Positions 52,954-64,000 of a DNA stretch of 64,000 nucleotides are shown one piece after another. The notes beneath the pieces were generated by a model. That model was given only the letters and a program-made list of their open reading frames with translations. It ran no database searches and was not told where the DNA came from. Origin of the DNA: Podarcis melisellensis (lineage: Eukaryota); assembly GCA_964234715.1 (NCBI GenBank), contig OZ174280.1; one strand, given 5' to 3'. Numbering within the stretch: position 1 is the stretch's first letter; each line of letters begins with the position of its first letter. A program made the position numbers and the translations under genes.

Positions 52954-55824
52954 CAAGGATGAACCTTCCATTATTTTGTGGGCTCCCACCCCACTGCCAT
53001 CCCAAAGCATTATATTGTCACAGACCACGGTATACCCACAATAAACTGAGAATACCAGTGATTGAAATGTTACGAGGATACAGCAGTGTTGCTATTTGTA
53101 TGATACTTTATTGCCCTAGATTGAGGTGGCTGAATGAGCTGTTTGTAAATTATGCTTAATTCTGCCAGAGATTTTTTTGTAGGTTGGATGTTTGCTTTGC
53201 AACAAATGGTTAGCTGGGGATGTTTGTTATGGTTGTGTTATCTGTATGGGTGGCGGGAATGTTTGAGAGTAAGGTTTGTGTGTGGAAGATGGCTAAGAAT
53301 GCATTTGTAGCAGGGTATGGTGTGTGTGTGTGTGTGTGTATTTTGTTTCTAATGATACTGTTTCTGTGAAGCTTTTTTAAATTATTATCTATTTTTTATG
53401 TTTAAAATAACATTTTGTTATCCCATTCATCATTCTGCTTTAATAGAGTATTTCTATTTGACCTTCATTTTTCATGTTTTGATATTTTTAAATATTCTAT
53501 TTGATGTTTTAAGATAGATTGGAAACTGCTTTGAGCTGTTTTTTTAAATATAAAGTGAAATAGAAATGAATTAAATAAAAAATAATAATTTTGTTGAACA
53601 GGGAAGGGGAGGGAGGAGACAGAGATTCCATATTTGTTGAAAGGATTCTATGCTAATGATTTATTCTCTCTGTAATAAAAAGCCAGTCTTGCAGTCTGGG
53701 TGGACAGTGTTAGGTGCCAATGGGCTTCCTCCTAAGAATAATGGCCCCATCATTTCAAAATGGGGGAGGAGGGCATTGACAGGTATTTTTAAAACTTCAG
53801 GCACTGGTCTGTGACTTGCCTTAGTACAGCCTTCCCCAATCTGATGCCTTCTAGACATGCATCTGGGTGGGAGAAGGCTGGGAAAGTGCTGATTGAGGCT
53901 GATGGGAGCTGTAGTCCAAAATGTCTGGAATGCACCAGAAGACTGTCTTAGTACAGGCAGCATAGATAGAAAAGCCAGGATCTGTGAATGCCTGGATCTG
54001 ACACCTATGCAGCCCACCCACACTCCTCATTTGGCAGAGGATTCTTGGCTGCTGCAAGCAATGATTCTGGCTGGCTTGATGCTATGTTTCCACCATCTTC
54101 ACTGAGCCAAGAAAGATTTATCTTTTCTAGGAATATGGGGCGGTGGGAGGCATTGAAGCCCTGGATGAATCACAGAAGGAATGAAGGGAGCTCAACTCCC
54201 CGGACACCATGGATTCAAAGGACAGTAGAAGTAGAAAATTCTACATGGGAAGGAACAGCACATGTGGAATATTATTCTCTTTGCCTGCCACCGCCCTAAA
54301 ACAGTGTAGGACACTTGAGGAATATAGGAATATGGTTTGTTTGGTTGCTGGCTTTCTAGACATTTTCCTTCCCTTCTTTTCCCTGCCATTGGAATCAACA
54401 TTTGTTGAGCTTCACTCAACTCCACAACCCAGAGGCAGCAGGGCTTTTCTTTTCTTTCTTTTCTGGCTCTTTTAATAACTTTTGGATCAGAAAAATTGTG
54501 AGGGAAGAGAGGGGTTTTTTTTATTAAAAAAACAAAACCTTGTCCCACAGCACCATATACCAGATCCAAATTGAATCTCCAGTAAACCACCTGGCCTCTT
54601 AGTTGGCATAGCAGCTGTACTAGAGTGAGCCCTTATTTATCAATGGGTTTATAGTACATGCATAAATTCTATCCTGTGTAGTTACTTCCATCAGAATTCA
54701 CAGTACAATGCTCATCTCAGATAAGTTAAAGCATCAGAGGCATTCTCCTGGACTTGCTCATTGAGAATGCATTGTCATCCTTGTGTATATCAAAATAACC
54801 TTCAGTTTTGAACCTGTTGTGCAGAAACAGGGAAGTTTTGAGATTGGGAGGATAAGTGTGTGTGTGTGTATCCGTGTATCCCGCCCTTTTCCCAACCATT
54901 AAAACAACAAATCCAGCTCAAAGTTGGGAGTAGATTAAACAATAAAGCAATAAAGAATCGTAAAACATAAGTGACAGTGATTACAAAATTATATTGTGAG
55001 ATTAGAATGACTAAAAGCTTGAGTAAATAACCAGGTTTTAACCTGATGGCTGCATGCCAATGAAGGTGATGCCAGACAGATCTCAGAGGGGAGGGTGTTC
55101 CACAAGTGGGAGCTTTCCTTAGTTTTGCTTCTGTTTTATTGTGCCCTCTCAAAAGGAGAAAATGTGGGTTTGAGACTGTGTCTACCTCAGTGCCCCTTCA
55201 TTGCATTGTCTTTAATTTTTTCTAGAATGTCCATTTTACAGTTGGGAAAAAGAGGAAAGAACAGAGAGCTGTTGATTTGCCCTTGTCAGCATTGTTGCAT
55301 TGAGTATAGATAACCAGTGATGGCAAATATAAAGAAAAGTATTGATGTAGCTTTGGTAGTGAGTGAAGAAGCACATATATAACATCAGTTTCTTGTATAG
55401 AAAATATTACTGTACAGATTTCCTTGAGAAAGTGGTGTATGGAACCTGCTAACTTGGATGCTTTGTCTGACACCAGCCCCCAGGTGAATCTCTCTTTCTG
55501 CAGAATTATTTCCAGCATTTCCTTGCACACTGTTTCTCCATAAGGAAGAAGACTGCCTGTGAAATGCTACCCCTGAACTTTGAGCTACAATACAAGTGAG
55601 TCTGGTTAATAATTGCAGCCCAAAATAGGCAAAGCACTTAAAATACTCAGAATACCCCTTAAGTGCCAATGGAGAGCTCAGTCACAATATCAGAAAAATA
55701 TTGGAATGGCAATTCTTTTCTCGCCCCATATTTTACTTCCAAGGTGGAAACTGTTGGAGTATATTGCAACAGAGTGAAGAAATAGCCTGAGACTGCTGGT
55801 TAAAATAATAAAAAGTAAGGTTTA

Positions 55825-56367
55825 TTTTTATATTCCTGTTGTATTTGTCCATGGAGTTTTCTTAGCAGGGATACTGGAGTGGCTTGCCAGTTTCTGCTCC
55901 AGATGGATCATGTTTAGTCAAAACTCTCCACTATGACCTATCCATCTTGGGTGGCATAGCTCCTAGCTTCTCTGAGTTGTTCAAGCCCCTTTGCCACAAC
56001 AAGGCTGAAGAATTGATGCTTTGGAATTATGGTGCTGGAGGAGACTTGACTGCAAGAAGATCAAATTTCTGAAGGAAATCAGCCCTGAGTGTTCACTGGA
56101 AGGACAGATCCTGAAGCTGAGACTCCAATACTTTGGCCACATCATGAGAAGAGAAGCCTCCTTGGAAAAGACCCTGATGCTTGGAAAGATTGAGGGCACT
56201 AGGCGATGGGGATGACAGAGGACGAGATGGTTGGATAGTGTTCTCGAAGCTACCAACATGAGTTTGACCAAACTGCGGGAGGCAGTGTAAGACAGGAGTG
56301 CCTTGTGTGCTCTGGTCCATGGGGTCACAAAGAGTCGGACACGACTAAATGACTAAACAACAACAAG
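55825..56367 (+). mobile_element. Internally deleted BovB/RTE derivative: 5'-region-like part joined to the ORF 3' end, (CAA)n tail
   Basis: 3' part encodes ELWCWRR...EISPECSLEGQILKLRLQYFGHIMRR..SLEKTLMLGKIEG (BovB-type RT C-terminus); candidate TSD aaggttta at 55817-24 and 56368-75. Confidence 0.85.
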
Positions 56368-58539
56368 AAGGTTTAGTACTCTTGACAAAGCTATTCTGAA
56401 TTTAGGCTTACATGTAGTCATTGGGGAGTCATCTGGTTCAGAGAACCAGCGCTAACACTGAAGGAGGAGTAGGAGGCAACTAAAGTTTGAGAAACAACCT
56501 ACATATCAGCAAGTAATTACTGAACAAGAAATCAGCAAGGGAAGAATAGGTTGCCTTTCTATCACGCACCCCACCCACCCACCCACTGGTACAGGTAATT
56601 TATTAGACACATTGTTGCTTTACTCCCAACAGAAACAACCTTGGTACTGTCCAAACTCCTGCAGTTAATTAATGGCAAGAACAAGCATCAGTTCTTGCTT
56701 GTTTGGGAATATGAGCATTGGGTGTAATTCGGCATCACACCAAAACAATAGTTGTGTCAGTGCAAGCATTTCTACTTGCCAGATGAAATGATGGGCATTT
56801 CCATTAGCTGTTTGGGGAGTTCTCAGAGTGGATTTGCTGGAGGCATGGAGGGCAGGGCAGGGAGGAAAGCCCTGTTGCACTAGTCTTGCATTGGCTTCCA
56901 GTAGCGCACCAGGGTGGTTGAATGTGGACCACTGCGTGATGGGTGGGCACTATAAGGACGAGTGAGAAAGTTTTATTTGTATATAAAACGATGAGAAAGA
57001 ATCTCTAAGGCTGCAATCCTGTACCCACTTACCTGGGAGTAAGTCCTTTTGAATTCAGTGGGGCTTATTTATGAGTAGTTGTATATTGGATTGGATTTTT
57101 AGTCAGGTGCTGGTAGGCTTTAGGCTTGTGGGATCTGTTAGAGCACCAAGTTCTACCAAACAGAAACACAAGCAATCTGGTGGCTTGGGTTGGAGCCAAT
57201 TGCCTCACAAAATGTAGACTGGAATGACCCGTTTGTACAGATCTACATATCAGTTTATTTCTAATTTAGGGAAGAAAGGCCTTCTGTTAAACAACAGAGT
57301 CGGAAGTCCATGCTAATCTAACTACAGATTGGCCGGCCTCCTGCCCATTCCTGACAGTGCCACCTTTTGGCAGCCTTTGAGTTATGATAATGCATATTTT
57401 CCTCACCAGCTTCAGAAAAGGGAAGTTGTGTGAGAGCGCTTTACTGTGAGGTCAAAGCAATTTGCCTGTCTTTTCTTTTTTCACATTCAAGCTCGAAATC
57501 ATAGAAAATGATGGGATTTTTGTTGTTGTCTTTAATAAATAAAAGCAAGTTATTCTCTCTGATGACGGATGAAAAGGTGACAGGCTGTCTCCCTGGATGC
57601 TATTGCAGCTTCCCAAAATAACTCCAATCCTCAGCTAAATGAATGCTGCTAGACAACTCATGGAAAGTGTGTTGGCATTGGCTGAACCCGCCACTCGCAA
57701 GAAGTGGCTGCTTCATCTCCCAAGTGTTGCTGCCCAGTTGTGCTATTTTTAAAACAGGGAAAGCTCCTATCTGCGAATGGGACAATAGATGCGGCTGAAG
57801 GAGATGAGGGTGAGGGCCTCTGTGTGGGTTTCACTTTCTTTTAATAACCTGTGAAACAAACCCCCCACTTGGTTACAAAGCCTGGATACCAGGCAGCTCT
57901 GCTGCATTATCCAGAATCAGAATGCTAACAGCAGCAACCCACAGCATCCTCCCTGGTTTCTTTGGAATCGTGCCCATGTCAGTGCACAGAGGCTGCCCTG
58001 GGTGCCTTGCTTAATCAGAGCAAAAGATATTGGTGGTAAAATGGAACAGAAATTTTAGGTAACAAATTCCAGTAGCCCCGATAGGAGGGAGCGGGAAGTG
58101 TGTGTAGAGGAGATGAGTTGTAGAAATGTTTGAAAATGAAAATGAATGAAATCAGCAAAATTGTGTATTAAGTGTGTGTGCGCGCGCTGAACTTGCAACT
58201 GAGCTGTACTATCACACGATCAAATTTGGACTTGTGTCTGAATGGAGAGCCTGCCTAAATGTGCATTTATTAAACCTGCTATCCTGCTATATCCCACAGG
58301 CTGTGGGGATCATGAGAGACATATTTTTTCAATGAACAAGATACAAGTATGTTATTGCTTAATGGGAAAGTTTAGGGATTACTTAAACTGAAAACATGTG
58401 ACCTCCCCATGGCGGACAAGCTCTTCTTACTTCTTGCCAACTTCCCCTTGGCTCTTTGCTTCCTCCACCTCTGATGCTATTGGGTAACTTGCTCTGATGG
58501 CATGGATAGCACTTGGCACATTGAGGTGTAATGGCTCAA

Positions 58540-58692
58540 CAAGGAGCCAATACCAGCTGTGGCCTCTTAGGTCAACAATGGAGGCATGAGTTTAAATCCC
58601 AAGCAATAGGGAAAGACTAATTTTTGTTGGTGGGATTTAAACTCATGCCTCCATTTTTGGCCTAAGAAGCCACATCTGGCATTGGTTTCTTG
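58540..58692. repeat. 62-bp inverted repeat with 29-bp spacer
   Basis: Arms 58540-58601 and 58631-58692; inner 25 bp perfect, 7 mismatches in the outer part. Confidence 0.9.
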
Positions 58693-59144
58693 ATGACTCT
58701 CTTCTTAGGAAGGCTGATGGCCAGGTCTTCCTCCCACTTTGAACAGCAGGTAGGGAGCAGCACTTTTGAATCTACGTACGTCCCTTCCTGCACTTATAGT
58801 GATAGCTGTGATGCTTTTGGGCTTCGTGTACGGAAGAGCTGAGAGGAACTGTCAGGACAATTTGTGAAATTCTTTTCCTTCCTTGGAAGTTGCATGTAGG
58901 AGGGTTAAAGGCACAATAAGATTTCCATGTGCCCTTAAGTGTATTTCTTAACCAATTATTTATTGATGAGCAGAAACATCTTTTGAAGCCGCATCTAGGG
59001 GTTACATAACACCATCAGCAGATCACTTGCTAAAGAATTGCTATCACGCAACAGACTTTGGCTCTGTCATCTCTAGAGTCTTTGTTTCTCTTATTTTATA
59101 CAATCTTAGGAAGATTGTATAAAGGAGGTGCTATGTGTTAGAAC

Positions 59145-59499
59145 AGGACACAGGTGGCACTGTGGGTTAAACCACAGAGCCTAGGACTTGCCGATCAGAA
59201 GGTCGGCAGTTCGAATCTCCTCGACGGGGTGAGCTCCCATTGCTCAGTCCCAGCTCCTGCCCACCTAGCAGTTCTAAAGCACGTCAAAGTGCAAGTATAT
59301 AAATAGGTACCGATCCAGCGGGAAGGTAAATAGTGTTTCCATGCGCTGTTCTGGTTCACCAGTAGCGGCTTAGTTATGCTGGCCACATGACCCGGAAGCT
59401 GTACGCCGGCTCCCTTGGCCAATAAAGTGAGATGAGCGCTGCAACCCCAGAGTCGGCCACGACTGGACCTAATGGTCAGGGGTCCCTTTACCTTTACCT
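59145..59499 (+). mobile_element. Full-length Sauria SINE
   Basis: tRNA-like head with A box (tggcactgtggg) and B box (gttcgaatc), typical body, 3' (ACCTTT)n tail. Confidence 0.9.
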
Positions 59500-62307
59500 A
59501 TGTAAAGCCACATCAGGCTTCATGGGCACTTCTAAGGAAGTGAAGGAGCTGTGTCCCTAATTTTTATAGAATCATTGATAAAGGTATTTCTAACACAAAT
59601 ATGTAAGAATGGTCAGAAGACCCACCACTCTCACAAGATTTTTTTTACTATTGTGTTTTTGCAAATGAAGAAATGAATCTAAGAGAAAGTGTCTTTGCTG
59701 CTAACACTTGCCTGAAACAATAACAATGGGCTGTTTACAGTACTTGAAATGATCACAACTAACATGGGACAAAATAGTTGATAAAGGACCACAGGATGCC
59801 AGCTCCTTATCACAAGTCCAGTGAATTTTGCTTATCCTGGGTAATTGGACAACATTTCCCCTGCAAGTATTGGGTTGCTAGTAGTGAACTGAGTAGAGGC
59901 ATAGGTGTATTTGTTTTGTAGTTATGGAGGTGGCTACAAGATGAGGCACTGGCCTGGCTTGTACATATTGCTAAGCCATGGTTTGTTTACCCCAACTATG
60001 GTTTATTTGACTGCACAAATGCAGCCCAGCAGACTAACCATGTTTCCCCCCCCCTGCCAACAATCCACAATATTAAGACATGGCTAGCTGTTGACTTACA
60101 AACCATGGTTTGTTTGGTATTTTGGCTAAGCCCAACAACCTTGCTTAACTAAGTTGCCTTGGCATCCCACCCAGATACTTGTCAAGGTACAAAGATACAA
60201 GGCAAGAGCAAATGGAAAGCAAACCAAGCTTTAAGGAAACAAGTCATTGCTAGTTTGCTTCTCTGTGAAACAACCTGTGATTTGTTGAACAAGCCATGTT
60301 TGCAACAAACTGTGGCTTAGCATTTTGTGTGAATGGAGCTCTCTGAACTAGTAGAGGCTGCTAGAGCTGATGGATTAAGAGTCTTATTTACTATCAAGAT
60401 ACCTCAGGAATTCTGCCGGTGATGTTTGACCACTGCAGGGACAGGATTAGGCTTCAGATGGGAGTAGAAGTACAAGTGAGCAAACCCCAGGGTTTCATGC
60501 TCCTGCGTTATGTCCAAATCAATCAGAACTGGTTAGTTGTTCTTCCTTTGGAGGATTCTCTCGTGCTTCAGGTTCAAGGTAGCAGAGAGATTTTAATCTG
60601 GAGTTTTGGGGATGGGGTCAGGTTCAATTTAGTTTGACTTTTTGCATTTGTCGTCCTAACATGTTAAAACTCCTTCAGTTTTGCTTCTATCTGCCATAGT
60701 TAGTCTTTTAGAGATTTCAAGAAGCCAAAGTGGAAAAAGCGCCAGGTCTTTGCCCTTTCTGTGCGAAGACATCTGAAGCATGCGTCATTTTGGAGTGTGA
60801 CAGTATGCCTGGAAATTTCCAAACACCACCCTCTCTTTGCCCCCCCTCCCCATTTCCCCTGCAGTGCTTTCATAACTCAGCTGTCAAAGCCCTGAATATT
60901 ATTAGTCAATTAGTGACCGACACATTTCCTGTAATGCTACCTAATTAGTCAGTCCAGGGAACCAGTGCAAAGGACCCAGCTAAGAGTATACCAAAATGTC
61001 TAGGTTTTTGTGAGGAAGTGGCATGAAGGCTCAAAGAGCATGGTGGACTCAATATTTTTTTTATCCATCCTAGGCAAGTGTGAAAACCTGTGTTCTAAAC
61101 CTTAAGTTTAACTTGCCAGTGCTAAGGGGAATGTACTATGGGGGACACTGACAATATTTTCTTGCCTAGCTTCCAGCAAGGTTAAAGCTGAAGGACATTT
61201 GTCAAGGGCCACCACAAAGGGTACCTGATTTTGATCAGTGGAAGGCTATAAATTTAATGCAACCAAGCACCCATGTGAAAACAAGTATCCCTATCCATTT
61301 TATGTAATGGATCCAAATAAATAAGGGGGAAGAGGGAAAAGCCTTGTGATGTGTGGAACATCCAAAAAATCCCCTCAGACAAGGGGAACAAGTGATGGTA
61401 AATTGCATAAAATCAGTTTCCAAGACTGATCAATATTTTGCACTGTTGAAAGTCGAATGTTGGTACCTCTTTAATATTCCCACAAAAATGAACTGGAAGT
61501 GTGAGCACTAAACATTGTGCACAATGCTCCAAAGCAGTGAAGCGTCACTGTGGGACATTGTGGGCAATTATAATGGCAGCCACCCAGCATCCATCAGAAC
61601 GCCAGGAAAGGTTCCCTGGGGTAGCAGTGTTGGCAATGATGAGCCTTTGGTACTTGTCCAAGGAAAGAATGTCACCTCCTGTTGCCAGGCATAACCAAAC
61701 TTTTTCGTGTACAGAGACACAGCAATGGAGGGACCTGGCTTCCCTCTTTTCCACTTTTCTTTTCTTTTTTTAAAAATCAAATATAAGGTAAAGTGTGCAA
61801 GCAGTGTTCTTCATGATTGCAGAAGGACAGCTGCTCTCCTGCCTGCCTGTGTTCTGGCCAATGAGTACAAATTTGCTGGGATAATAAGAAAACGACTAAG
61901 CATTGTTTTGAAAGTATAGTTTTACATTATCTACCATTCAACATACAACGTAACTTAATAATTTAAAACATATTGGGCTTTGTATGCAGGCTTTGGCTCT
62001 TTTGTATTGATAAAATCGCCAACATCATGTACTCATGGGACCCATCTGCAGTGGAACAGGAATGTAGACACTCACAGCTCTGGTACTTTTTTGCAGCAGG
62101 AGCAGTAGTGTTGTCTGCAGCAGCTGCATTTGCCAGTGTTGCAAATCTGGAGTGGGGTAGGTTGATTGTAACACAGTATAGGACATCCTGTATTCATTAA
62201 TTTATCTGGCAACCGCCTTTCCTGTGCTAACACAATTATCCTGATATTTATTATAAACAGTCCATAAAGAGCCTTACTAGCATGTATTACACGGAGCGTT
62301 AATTGTA

Positions 62308-62351
62308 CTCCTCCTCCTCCTCCTCCTCCTCCTCATAATAATAATAATAAT
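62308..62351. repeat. Compound (CTC)n(ATA)n microsatellite
   Basis: Read directly. Confidence 0.9.
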
Positions 62352-64000
62352 GTGGTTTACATTTATATTCCACCTTTCTTCCACTGATGGCATACCTGGT
62401 TGTGGATTCCTCCATTTTATCACCACCACCACCACCATCATCATAACCCTGTGAGCAAGGTTGGGCCTAGGGCTGGCTGTGACTGACCAGTGAACTGACT
62501 GATCAGGGCTATAAACCAAAGTCTCCCCAGCCAAAGTCCAACATGTGAACCACTACAGTTTCCCAGCTCATTGCTGATACTAATAAACTGGGTATTTTCC
62601 TATGTTCTGCTGCTCTTCGGATTTATGTATTTGGATGATCACAGTTCAGTTGCCTGCATATTTGGACTCTCACCGCAAAATTGTCCCTTAGCACAACATT
62701 TCTGGTTATGGGCTTATTTTTGCCTATAAGTCACAGCTCCCCATTTCGTTTAACTTTTCTTCTTATTGCCTCAATTAACTTATTGCTTTGTATATGGTAT
62801 TTCCTTTATTAACAAATATATAAATCCCTATGATACCCCTCCTATGTTTTCCATGTGAAATACCTGCTCTGCACGGAAGTGACAACGGAAGTTGCTTGCT
62901 TACGGGAGGTGTCAGCAGTAAGGCACTCAAAGCAAGCCAGCTTTTGCACAAAGTTGAGTTCATTGAGTGTTGGATCAGCAAACAAGACAATGCTCTTAAG
63001 AGGATTATGGGTTGGCCTCATACATTTATTATTAAGCTCTGAGGTTGGTCAGCAATAAGTTCAACCCCTTAGCATTACTACCATAGGAACACAGTCTCAC
63101 ACTGGAATGGAGAAATGGGCTTGTGAACAAATCTCTGTTGTGCCCATTTATGTCCACCTACTCCTCTCTGTTAAAAACACAGAGAGCAGATCCTGCACTC
63201 ACACCCATCACAGCTTGAAAATTATCTGAGTCAATAGAAGCCATTGCCTCTCTCTTTGTTCCTTGTTGCTACACAATTTGTGAGCAGCGTTAAACCACCT
63301 ACTACAGCCTTGGGATATCCTCCTTGCCCTCTGAACTTTTCACCCCTGCTGTTCCCTCCTTCATCTCTGTCTGCTCTGCCTTTCTTGCTGTGCAGGCAAA
63401 GCTATCACAGCCCCTCTGCTACCATGAGCTATAGGTCTAAACGAAACAGCATTCAAGCAAGCAGTTTGCATGTACAGGGGACCAGTCTGGGCTGGGGACC
63501 CAGGCATATGTGGGTGGTGTGGGGTGCAGGGGTGGCTTTAGCTCTTTAACTGTGGTCCTGATGCCAAGCGGGGACCTCCACACTTCCATTTGTCCTGTTA
63601 TTTCAAGTCATAAGAAAATTAGGATGCAGTAAAATTGGTGAGAGAAAGAGTGGAGTGGGGCAGGGGCAAAGAAAGGAGAACCAGCACCTGGTTCAGGGTG
63701 TCGGGGGTGGGACAAACAGCCTGGTGGCACATGCGTGGCACCACTATGTAGTGTGTATGCACGTGTGCCGCAACGTATGACGCATGCGTGCACACCGCAT
63801 GTAGCGTGCATGCACAGCACTGTATGTAGTACCGCCATGCATGTGCCGCCTGGTGGTTTGCTGATGGTGCCGCTCGAGCGCCATACGGACGGCGACGGAA
63901 GGTGCAGCCACGAGTGGAGGATCCTCTGCACATGGCTGCGGCGGGGCGATGGCGGCCGCTCACGCCACCACACCTGGGGGCAACAGGGCGAGCCCCCTGC

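Noticed and set aside
55981-56328. ORFs of 64-115 aa
   Set aside because: Sense and antisense frames of a decayed BovB fragment with stops and deletions; not a host gene.

Overview
Vertebrate genomic DNA, most likely from a squamate reptile and probably a lacertid lizard, judged from a full Sauria SINE, BovB/RTE fragments and lizard-type MITEs. Bases ~1-27.2 kb hold the 3' part of MAST2 (microtubule-associated Ser/Thr kinase 2) on the + strand. I reconstructed 19 coding exons by hand (1002-26592). All introns are GT-AG and in phase, giving 4806 nt (1601 aa plus stop): end of DUF1908, AGC kinase domain, AGC C-tail, PDZ domain and a long Ser/Pro-rich C-terminus. The 5' exons lie upstream of the window. 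In ~27-64 kb I recognise no protein-coding exon; it contains transposon remnants, microsatellites, a 168-N gap and candidate regulatory motifs. The most unusual structure is a 1.63-kb non-autonomous pogo/Tigger-like element in a MAST2 intron (14459-16091). Its GC/CpG-rich interior is built almost entirely of hairpins, including a 60-bp tandem array with compensatory stem changes and a 215-bp-period array of 51-bp perfect palindromes. It shares its outer terminus with two other MITE families nearby. No database search was possible, so family names and novelty statements come from recall and need checking. I found no convincing novel multi-gene system.
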